Part shown: piece after piece, positions 32,252-43,044 of the stretch | Layout: every line of letters begins with the position of its first letter | Position numbering within the stretch: position 1 is the first letter of the stretch | Assembly (NCBI GenBank): GCA_002269645.1 | Contig: NIVC01000365.1 | Location: 186,001-250,000, forward strand | Reading direction: 5' to 3' | DNA: 64,000 nucleotides | Origin: Macrostomum lignano | Taxonomy: Eukaryota | Made by a program: the position numbers and the translations under genes | Notes under the pieces: model-generated | What the model saw: the letters and a program-made list of their open reading frames with translations, nothing else | What the model was told of the DNA's origin: nothing | Database searches by the model: none

Positions 32252-33169
32252 GCCTCTGCCTGGTGGCCCTGGTGGATCTCAATGGTGAGCTGAAGCTTCT
32301 AGAAGAGAGTGAAGATGACTGCGTCTGTGACTGATTGGTCCGTACGGGGTCATTTCCTATTAGCCGGTATAGGTCTCTTTCTACCTGATTGGTCAGCACG
32401 TGTCGCTTTCTGATTGGTCAGCACATGTCGCTTTCTGATTGGTCAGCACATGTCGCTTTCTGATTGGTCAGCACATGTCGCTTTCTGATTGGTCAGCACA
32501 TGTCACCGTTTGATTGGTCAGCACGTGTCGCCTTCTGATTGGTCAGCACATGTCGCCTTCTGATTGGTCACCATATGTCGCTTTCTGATTGGTCAGCACA
32601 TGTCGCTTTCTGATTGGTCAGCACATGTCGCCTTCTGATTGGTCAGCACATGTCGCCTTCTGATTGGTCACCATATGTCGCTTTCTGATTGGTCAGCACA
32701 TGTCGCTTTCTGATTGGTCAGCACATATTGCTTTCTGATTGGTCTGTCTAGGCCGGTTTTATTGGTCCGTACAGGTCTCTATCTGATCAGTGAGCAAAGT
32801 TTGAGCTCTCTAATTGGTCTGTGCACAAATTGCGCTCACCCTCCGCCAGGCAATTTGCTCATGCGAGCCGAGTGGCCCAGGGCCCGCGTGCAGCTCGTCT
32901 CCGACGACCTTCTGGTGTACCTGCGCCGCATGTCCCTCCGGCCGTTCTCGGCTGCCCACGCCTGCATCTTCGACTTCAACGCGCCGCTGGTCAGGCGCTC
33001 CTGCTGGGCTGCTGGCGGCGACTCGCTGAACCCGCCGGCCGCCGTCGCCGCCTCCTCCTCCGGCGGCGGCAAGCACGAGGCGAAGTCGGGAGCGGCTCGA
33101 AATGCGACAGCGCTGGACGCCAACGGAACCGCCATCGTCTTGGCGCCGAATTTGCCAACCAGCGAGTGA
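29856..33169 (+). CDS. Uncharacterised ~580-aa protein, probably WD40-like beta-propeller, with a (CAG)16 polyQ tract
   Basis: Exons 29856-30095, 30467-31000, ~31636-32284 (acceptor ambiguous among in-phase AGs), 32850-33169; phases are consistent and GC3 is high. Beta-strand-like blocks such as RQFCLSPDGSLLLLSG and RFLRFHWTSEDAVLLVS. Family not recognised. Confidence 0.7.
30098..31460. repeat. Intronic arrays: 37-nt GAGGAATGAGGGGTGCTGGCTGAGGGGTTGTCAGAGA (30098-30290) and 20-nt TGTAGATCTCTATTGGGTTC (31008-31460)
   Basis: Each begins a few nt after a 5' splice site. The span also contains exon 2 of the host gene. Confidence 0.88.
32385..32745. repeat. 25-nt minisatellite TTCTGATTGGTCAGCACATGTCGCT
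   Basis: Period 25 (32411, 32436); ~14 copies. Confidence 0.92.
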
Positions 33170-33564
33170 CAGGCGAGTGACTAGCGAGTGACAGGCGAGT
33201 GACAAAGTGATCAAATGTACTTTAGTGCCGAAGCAGTCGAGTAAATAATTTACACTTCCTTATTTTTTACCGCTTCGTGATTTATAGCAAGAGACTGTCA
33301 CACAGGCTTCTCTGAAGCGCGTCAATTTCGTTATTTTTCTGTCCTAAACCTTATCGTATGGGCCTGGAATTGCGCCAATTTTTTATTACCTATTGTGAAA
33401 CACCTACGCGAACTCTTAATTGACGTTTCCGGCACTGCAGTAAACCCGAATTTATATTGCACCATCGTTTAATCAATTTTTGGCTTTCTGTTTTATTGCG
33501 TTTTTTCGTTAATTAACTGAAGAAAATGAGCAATTTGATAATTAGACAGGTGCAATTGTAAATT

Positions 33565-34190
33565 TGTCGCCGAAGTCACGTGACAAGCAAGTCTAGTAAA
33601 TGTAGACCAAAGCAAATGTACATTAGTCTCCGAAGTCACGTGACAAGCAAGTCTAGTAAATGTAGACCAAAGCAAATGTACATTAGTCTCTGAAGTCACG
33701 TGACAAGCAAGTCTAGTAAATGTAGACCAAAGCAAATGTACATTAGTCGCCGAAGTCACGTGACAAGCAAGTCTAGTAAATGTAGACCAAAGCAAATGTA
33801 CATTAGTCTCTGAAGTCACGTGATAAGCAAGTCTAGTAAATGTAGACCAAAGCAAATGTACATTAGTCTCTGAAGTCACGTGATAAGCAAGTCTAGTAAA
33901 TGTAGACCAAAGCAAATGTACATTAGTCTCCGAAGTCACGTGATAAGCAAGTCTAGTAAATGTAGACCAAAGCAAATGTACATTAGTCTCCGAAGTCACG
34001 TGATAAGCAAGTCTAGTAAATGTAGACCAAAGCAAATGTACATTAGTCTCCGAAGTCACGTGATAAGCAAGTCTAGTAAATGTAGACCAAAGCAAATGTA
34101 CATTAGTCTCCGAAGTCACGTGATAAGCAAGTCTAGTAAATGTAGACCAAAGCAAATGTACATTAGTCTCCGAAGTCACGTGATAAGCTA
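33565..34190. repeat. 60-nt satellite, ~10.5 copies, containing GTCACGTGA(C/T)
   Basis: Copies align column-for-column in the 60-nt display rows. Confidence 0.97.
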
Positions 34191-35027
34191 GCCTGCCCGA
34201 CTGAAGTTGAGTGGGGCACAAAATAAAAAACCAGGTATCCTTGAAAATTCATGGAAAGTTTGTTTGGATGAGCCGTCGAAAAATAGTGGTTTTCATATTT
34301 TTCAATATATTTGACCAGAAAACAACAACAATAACATAGAAGGGTATATTGTAGTCGTAGGTTCTGAGATGACCAGAGAAAAAACAAGACAAAGATGAGT
34401 GGTGATAAATAAATTTTACCAGCCGTTCGCATTCAGCGCTACTCATTAAAATGAATAGTAGTCAGAAAAGATTATAAAATCCGATTTCAAAATGTACTTA
34501 TTTGTTATGAAACCTGGTTAATGTCAGTTCAAACACCGCAAAACATCCCAAAAATTATCAAACTTAAAAAAACAATTATTGCACATTATTATTAACAAAA
34601 CTGTTAAGATAAAAAAAGGAAAAATGACTTAGTAATTAGAATTTCAGATATTCGCTGCTTTAGTTCATTCAGCTGAAAAAAATATAAACTGACAAAACAC
34701 AACATGCTACTGTTTTATGGCCGATGTAAGTAGAATCCAAAGCAAATTATGCTCAGAATTTTGTCGAGGGCACAAAAATGAATATATAATATTTCTGGAG
34801 AAAGATTTTTCAGAGAGAACTGTCAAATATCAACTGACGGACGAGTTTGGATAGAAAGGGGGTGAGTGCGGCGTCACGGATACAGGAAACCAAGGATAAA
34901 CCAATTGCCACCAGTAATAAAAGGAGCTGCTACACTTCACAACCTCCAATATATTGATAAATGTGGCGCACCCGCTTTAATTAAAGGCAGTGCAGTTTGA
35001 GGGCTACAGATTGCGAACAAAACTGCT

Positions 35028-35285
35028 ACCCTATCTACCCTATGGCTACCTTATCTACCCTATGGCTACCCTATCTACCCTATGGCTACCCTATGGCTAC
35101 CCTATGGCTACCCTATCTACCCTATGGCTACCCTATCTACCCTATGGCTACCCTATCTACCCTAGGACTATCCTATCTACCCTAGGACTATCCTATCTAC
35201 CCTAGGACTATCCTATCTACCCTAGGGCTACCCTATCTACCCTAGGGCTACCCTATCTACCCTAGGGCTACCCTATCTACCTATG
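35028..35285. repeat. CTACCCTATGG/CTACCCTATCT/CTACCCTAGG modular repeat
   Basis: Direct observation. Confidence 0.88.
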
Positions 35286-35613
35286 ACTAACTATCTACTC
35301 TAGGGCTACCCTAACCGAGACTGCTCCTAGGGTTACCTTACCCAAAGCCGCTACCCTATCGCAGAATCGTACTAACCGCAGCCGACTGTGCTTAACTTGC
35401 GAGCCAGCCGAGCCATAAGTGTATACACAGCAAATCCTTTTACCACTGCGCGGCTCCTTGAACACGACAACAAATTGTATTGCAAAGTAGAAATATAGTT
35501 TATCAATAACACAATTCGTGCTCAAACATAAACAAAGCGAATTACGAGTTGCTCAGGTCTCCCTTATCAGCTTCCGAAATTCTCTTTCCAACAGGATCAG
35601 CCTTGCCCTCTCC

Positions 35614-38600
35614 TCACAGGTACATGCCGTTGATCAGGTAGTCCGCCTCGTCGCTGGTCAGCGCTTTGCCGCCGCGCCGGAACCGGGCCCTCAGCTGGCG
35701 GATGCGGCAGGTCAGGAACAGCACAGCGACCAGGCTGAGGCCCAGGCCCAGGGCCAGCGCGACCACGGCTGTGCGGGACTGCCGGTAGTTCTCCATCAGC
35801 TCGGCCAGCTCCGCCTGCGACTGGCCGGTCAGGCCGACTAGCGGCCGCGGCTTCTGCGGCTTCGACGGCTTCGGAGGCTGCGGCTTCGACGGCGTCGACT
35901 TGCGGCTGGAGTCTGCAGCGATTGACGTGTTGAAATGGATTTCGATACATATCTGATTATGCCAATAATAGTAATAGCAGTAGTAATTTCCGGAAAATAC
36001 AAGCAACCTGGTGGTTTTCGAAAATACAAAGACTACGCTTTCTAGGAAAGACACTAAGCTTTTTAGGAAAGACACTAAGCTTTCTAGGAAAGACACTAAG
36101 CTTTCTAGGAAAGACACTAAGCTTTATAGGAAAGACACTAAGCTTTATAGGAAAGACACTAAGCTTGCTAGGAAAGACACTAAGCTTTCTAGGAAAGACA
36201 CTAAGCTTTCTAGGAAAGACACTAAGCTTTCTAGGAAAGACACTAAGCTTTCTAGGAAAGATTTCTAAGAATCATAAGAACAACCCAATTCCAGGAAAAA
36301 TTGAAGCTTTTAAAAGAAAAATTCTGCATTTCCAACCTCTCAGAGGAGCCTCGGTGGCGGCAGGGCGGGCTCGCTGCTTGGCCCGCCGACCAGACGGCAG
36401 GTCCAGCTCGCCGATTTCAGCGGCTCTGCCCGAAGACCGCGGCCTCCACGGCGGGTCAGCGGCGGCGGTGGCGGCGGCGGCCGAGGCTGCCAGCTGTTTG
36501 AGACGCTGGCGCCGTCGCTGCGACTCGGCGGAGCTCCAGTCGGCGTAGCCGGGCGCGGCGTCGTAGGCACTGACTGGCGGAGCGCTGTCGGGGTCCCGGT
36601 CGGCGTAGGCGGCGGCGCCAAGTCGGTAGTAATCGGCGTCGGCTGCGTCGGATTTTTCCAGCGCGGCGGCGGCCTTGTCGGCTTTGTCTGGAAAGCGAAT
36701 AAATTATCTATGACCACACAGATCTATGACCACACAGATCTATGACCACACAGATCTATGACCGCACAGATCTATGACCGCACAGATCTATGACCACACA
36801 GATCTATGACCACACAGATCTATGACCACACAGATCTATGACCACATAGATCTATGACCGCACAGATCTATGACCACACAGATCTATGACCACACAGATC
36901 TATGACCACACAGATCTATGACCACACAGATCTATGACCGCACAGATCTATGACCACACAGATCTATGACCACACAGATCTATGACCGCACAGATCTATG
37001 ACCACATATTTATGACCACACAGATCTATGACCGCACAGATCTATGACCGCACAGATCTATGACCACACAGATCTATGACCACACAGATCTATGACCACA
37101 TATTTATGACCACACAGATCTATGACCACACAGATCTATGACCGCACAGATCTATGACCACACAGATCTATGACCACACAGATCTATGACCGCACAGATC
37201 TATGACCGCACAGATCTATGACCACACAGATCTATGACCACACAGATCTATGACCGCACAGATCTATGACCACACAGATCTATGACCGCACAGATCTATG
37301 ACCACACAGATCTATGACCACATATTTATGACCACACAGATCTATGACCACACAGATCTATGACCACACAGATCTATGACCACACAGATCTATGACCACA
37401 CAGATCTATGACCACACAGATCTATGACCACACAGATCTATGACCACACAGATCTATGACCACATATTTATGACCACATAGATCTATGACCACACAGATC
37501 TATGACCACACAGATCTATGACCACACAGATTTATGACCACACAGATCTATGAACACACAGATCTATGACCACACAGATCTATGACCAGACAGGCGCAGC
37601 ATGACTCACCCAGGTTGTAGATGGTCTCGGGCTCCAGCCTGTTGGCCAGCTGGTCATAATCCAGCGACCTGTCGCTGGCTGGCAGCCACCGCTGCCTCGT
37701 TTTGTCCGACGATCCCCAATCGTCTGCCGACTTCCTCAGCAGCAGTTCGGCCGCGGTGGCGTCATCCAAGCCGTAGCGGGAGGCCGCCGGGTTTTTCAGA
37801 AAGCTGTCCGGCCCATTCGGCAGCTGGTCCTCGGCCAGCACCGGCGCCCGGCTGAGCTGCAGGCTGCCTTGGGCGCGCGGCAGGTCGGACATTCGGCCGC
37901 CGGGGGGCAGCGGCGTCGGGACGCTCTGGGCCAGCATGTGGTGCTCAGCCACCTTACCCGTGTGGTGCTGCTGCTGCTGCTGTTGTTGTTGTTGTTGTTG
38001 TTGCAGGATCTGCTGCTGCTGTTTGGTTCGAGCGGATGCCTCGGCAGCGGCGGCGGCGGCAGCTTGCAAAATCGATTTGGCGTCGGCTGTAAGCAGTCAG
38101 GAATAAATTGAATCAATCGAGGGTAAACAGTGCGAGTAAACTATGCTCTAAATACCTCGTCGCCTAATTAGTACCCTAATATTGAATACTGCAGTACTTA
38201 CCATAGCTCTTGGACTGCTCAGCGCTTCCGGGGGCGGTCGCAACGGCGGCGGGAGAGGAGGAGGCGGCAGAAGCGGCCGTGCAATCGACCTCGTCGCTGC
38301 CATCGCCGCAGTGGACAATGCCGTCGCAGCGGTCGTAGATGGCGATGCAGTGCGGCGCCTTGGTGATGTCCCGGCATTGGAACTGTAGGTCCGGGTAGCG
38401 ACAAACTGAAGCCGGCTTCTTCTGCTGCAACTGCGGTTGCGGTTGCGTAGCAACTGGAGCTTGAGTCGGAGCCGGCTGCTGCTGTGGCGGCTGTGGCGGC
38501 GGCGGCAGCGGCAACTGAGTGGTTGCAGGATCTGCTCAGAGAACAAAGTCAAACAGTTTTACAATGCGCTGAAAAAAACTTCACACTGCTATTGTTTTAA

Positions 38601-39955
38601 CAATAACGATGGATTCCATGCATTAAATACTGGGAAATTAAATTCCAAGGCCTCTTTGTCACTGAAAAATATTGATAATTGGATATTTCGCAGTTCACAC
38701 AACTCCGCTCCGCTACTACCAGTAGCAGCATGCTGAATGATGCAAAATGAACAAGCAATGTACTTTTATATAACATTCTAAACTCCTTTTAGGTTCCAAC
38801 AACCAAATGTATACAGCATTATCTGCACCAAAACCAGTTAGAAATGAGCAAAGCATCCAGCACCAAAAATTCCAATTTGGTAACAGTCAAACAATTTGAA
38901 CAAGCCAATTTTGCAACAAATCAGAAACCAGAAGTTAAAAAAGTTTTTTCTCATAATTTTCTTACATATTCAGTGCAGATGGGTAAGCTGAAAAAAGTTA
39001 ATTAAAATAATACAAAATGACACAATTGCAAAATTAATTATTTTTTCATCATAATCAATAAAGCAAATATATTGCTGTTGTTTCAATCAATAACAAAGTT
39101 TTTTTTAAATCTCAACAAATATGCTAAGCAAGCTATGGTAAGCAATTTTTAGCATAGAAATTAATTGTGATATTTATACACTTTTATATAAAGAAACATA
39201 CTTACTATTAGCCAGTGTGGGTTTAGCAGTTATAGCCATAGATGCCTTGGAGTCTTTAGTCTGGCTATGAGTAGCAGGGATTATTGCCATCCGCACAGCT
39301 GCCACATAGCGATTATGGCTTTCAAAGTTGCATAAGGTAGCAGCAATTCCACAGTTGAATAGGTAGCACAGGTTTTTGTTCTGTTTTAATGAAGTGAAAT
39401 AAGAGAAAAAATGAATGTTTACTCTGTCTATAAGTATTATATACAGTATAAAATACTATTAGATTTGTAAATAGCTTTTTAATACTTTATATATGTGATA
39501 CTTAAAATAACAATAGTATATTACATGAATAGTTGGTATATCAAAAAATATTTTTAAAGCTCAGATTTAACTATAACTAAATACAAAAAATCTATTCAAA
39601 TTCAAGATTTTTTATGTTTTAATTGAACTCATTACACATGCTCATTAGAAGAAGCTTAGCAGATAGATAATAAATTAAAAGGTAGGAGCCAAAACTGAAA
39701 TATTATTGCAAATCAACATACCGCAACTTCAAAAATTGCAGCTGTGCAATCCGCAGATTCACAGCATTTCCTTTCACAATCTTCTTTTGTCTTAGTGCGT
39801 ATCGATCGGATTACAGACGCACCATTGGCAATAGAATCCTGGGTGCGAATAATGGAATGCTTTTTTATCACAAACGATTCTGGTCCACATTTTTCGCACA
39901 GAGAAACGTGAAAGCCGGTTAAAAGCAAGGCCAGAAAAGCCTTAAATAATATCAT
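35614..39955 (-). CDS. LRP11: LRP11-like type I membrane protein: signal peptide, MANSC domain, LDLa module, TM, C-terminal DYLINGMYL (~621 aa)
   Basis: Exons 39955-39722, 39380-39206, 38531-38202, 38086-37610, 36687-36337, 35912-35614 (1866 nt). MANSC: IIRTQDSIANGA..C..CC..C..CYLFNC. LDLa: FQC......CIAIYDRCDGIVHCGDGSDEVDC. TM: AVVALALGLGLSLVAVLFL. The end DEADYLINGMYL matches LRP11. Confidence 0.92.
36040..36265. repeat. 21-nt minisatellite AGGAAAGACACTAAGCTTTCT
   Basis: LRP11 last intron. Confidence 0.93.
36708..37588. repeat. 16-nt minisatellite GATCTATGACCACACA, ~55 copies
   Basis: Fills nearly the whole LRP11 intron 4. Confidence 0.96.
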
Positions 39956-41839
39956 AGTATGTCTTCAAGACTGAATACAAATGGCAGATTCTATCGTCGA
40001 TCCAAAAACAGTGATCTACGACAACCTGATAACATGCAAAAAAATGTGATTTTTTACTTCAAATCAATTCGGTGCTGTTTATACAATAAAACAAGTATTT
40101 TTTGCAGAATAAATGCAGTATTTTTTGTCTGTTTAGCTTATACTGAAAGATAAATATTTGATTTTAAGAAGCTCTTTGCCTTATGCCTAACTTATGAGCT
40201 AGAGTGTAGAACTGATTACGAAAAGATACACAGCACTGCCTCATAACAGTATTTTTGCATAAATAAGTTTAAATCTGTCTTAGATACTACCTGGTGAAAA
40301 AAATTGTAGTAGAGTATACAGAAACGATTTTTTATGAACTTCAAATACCCCATATTTAAGAATCTTATCGATTTGTTGTATGCTCAGATAGAGGACATAC
40401 ATGTACTTTTACATGAATTTAAATTAAACAGCACATGTCATTAATTTATCGGCGCTTAAGGCTTAATTAGCTAGAAGTTTAATCGAGTCAGAGTTTCAGC
40501 AGCATTATCAGTGGTTCAACGATAAAAATGACTGCAGGTCGACAGTCGCCTACTAGCCAGGCCGTACGTGGTATCATGTATTTATATGTTAGTGACTGAA
40601 ATATTTATTAATTTAGTTGAACAGTACATGTAATTGGAAATGTATTTATAGATTCTTTTCTTAGCGTATTTTTCTTCTATTTCCACTGCCAGTAGAATAA
40701 TAAATAAAATTCTATAATTTCGACTCGGTGTTTTTTACTATGTTGTATTTTAATTTGTCCATTATGTTAGTTTTTGTATACATTTTGTATACCATAGTAC
40801 AACACATGTATATGGTATTTCGTGGTGGTCCAACGAAGTATACGTAAATAAATTGGAGTTGTCCATAGCTACAGTATACACATCCTTAGGCTAGGGGAAT
40901 CGAGGCAAGTCATTCGGGTGACAACATGAAACTTTCGGACCACCGATACTTGCAGACTGCAAGACTATGCCCTCAACAATCCGGGAGACTGTGCTCATAA
41001 ATTTCCCTCAGTATGCCATATGGGCAAGCAAAATACGCAGGGACAGGCCGATTGGACTTCAGATTGGTTCAAATGTACAACTGATTGCAATTGTACTATT
41101 TAATAATCAGTCCTACACCTTCATGATTTGCTCTAATTCGGTGAACTGGTTCAACTGAATAGAAGCACCGAAAAGTCCCCAATCATAAAGCAGATTAAAG
41201 CACGTGGGGAGCGCCCTCAAAAAGCGAACCGAGGGCCTGACACCTGAAATTGATTTTTTATCTTCGTTGGCCATATGCTGCAGGCTATACTGTGCGATTC
41301 AACTGCATTAAAATTTCGGGACAATAATCCACCGGGAAACTTTCATTCCCTTTCTACTGCATGTGGCATGCCAGTATATACCAGCTGTAATTGACAGTTT
41401 TCATATGAATAATTCACCTGACCTGAGGGCTACTACGGTGCGCGGCCAGCCTCCCAGCTGCGCCATCAGCCTTGCACATCTTATCCTATCTCTGTCTCCC
41501 TGTCCTCTCCGATTCTATGGGATGCATTGGTGGCATTTTTACGCTGGTTGCATGCCAGAAGCCAGAGAGACGAAGCTAGGGGGGGGGGGGGTTCGATCGG
41601 TCACCGAGGATACGCGCACGAATTGAGGGGAGAGGGTGCAGAGGGGGCGGGATGCTGCAAGCGCAAATGGGTGCGCAAAACAGGTTAACTAGGTTCTGGG
41701 GTGCTGGGGGCCACTCGGAGATAATATAATGCTTAAGGAAGAATGCGAATTGAAGAGAGAGGATTGAAAACAGTTGCAGAAAATGGGAGACGGAGAGAGA
41801 CAGAGAAGAAAGAATGAGAAAGTGGGTGGAAGATGGAGA

Positions 41840-42320
41840 GAGGGAGAGGGAGAGGGGAGAGAAAGAGAGGTAGAGGGAGAGAGGGAGGAGAGCAAGAGGG
41901 GAAGAGAGGGAGAGGGGGTGAGGGGGAGAGAGGGAGAGAGGAGAAGAGTGAGGGGGAGAGAGGGAGAGAGGTATCGAGAGTGAGAGGGAGAGAGTGAGAG
42001 AGGGTGAGGGGGAGAGGGAGAGAGGGAGAGAGAGGGAGAAGAGTGAGGGGGAGAGAGGGAGAGAGGTATCGAGAGTGAGAGGGAGAGAGTGAGAGAGGGT
42101 GAGGGGGAGAGGGAGAGAGGGAGAGAGAGGGTGAGGGGGAGAGGGAGAGAGGGAGAGAGGTATCGAGAGTGAGAGAGGTATCGAGAGTGAGAGGGAGAGA
42201 GTGAGAGAGGGTGAGGGGGAGAGGGAGAGAGGGAGAGAGAGGGTGAGGGGGAGAGGGAGAGAGGGAGACTGGGAGAGAGAGAGGGAGAGAGGGAGAGAGA
42301 GGGTGAGAGGGAGAGATCCA
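41840..42320. repeat. GA-rich polypurine tract
   Basis: Direct observation. Confidence 0.9.
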
Positions 42321-43044
42321 GATTTGAGAGCAGATGTGAGCAGAGCAGAGTGAGGGAATGCGCAGATGCGATAATGAGAAGCCTGCAATTCCATAGCAGT
42401 GCGCCGTGTATTTCAATCAACAGATCTCAGCTCAACCGCGGTGCCATTGTTAGGCACGGCAGCTCAGTTCTGCAGAGAATTTTAAAAAGCAGAAAATGTT
42501 GCGTTGAGTCGCCAGATTTTGCTCGAAGAGAATTTTAGCTCGGCTGGCAGCTGCCGCCGCCCCTCACCTGCAGCCTTGGCAGTGGGATTCAAACAGCAGC
42601 CCGTAAATGCAGCATTTCTCCCATCTGGCCTCCCCTGCAGAATCCCATTGTTGCGATGCCAGGTGTCTATTTTTGTTCCCAAGCCCGCCTCCCCTGCAAT
42701 CCAAGGAGTCCCGCAAGTTTCAAAAAGCGACTTATATTATTCCGATTGCAAGGTGTCGAATACGAAATTAGTAAGAATCGAACAATCTTTCAAGATGCAT
42801 CAGAGTATAACAAAAGCATAATCTGCTCCAGTGTTGGTCTCATGCTTGATTAAAACGAATTTAAAACGAGATAATTAAATCTTAGTGTAGGGGAAACCCT
42901 CACCCAGACTTCTAGCTTCTAGTCCTCCACGGCCCCCCTCCCTTCTCCCCTCTCGGAGCGGCGCGGCCATTGGATCCGGCCCGCCTGCAGGCTTCAGTTA
43001 AACAGGCCGGCACAGGCTGGGCCGAGCTATGCTGCACGGCTGCA

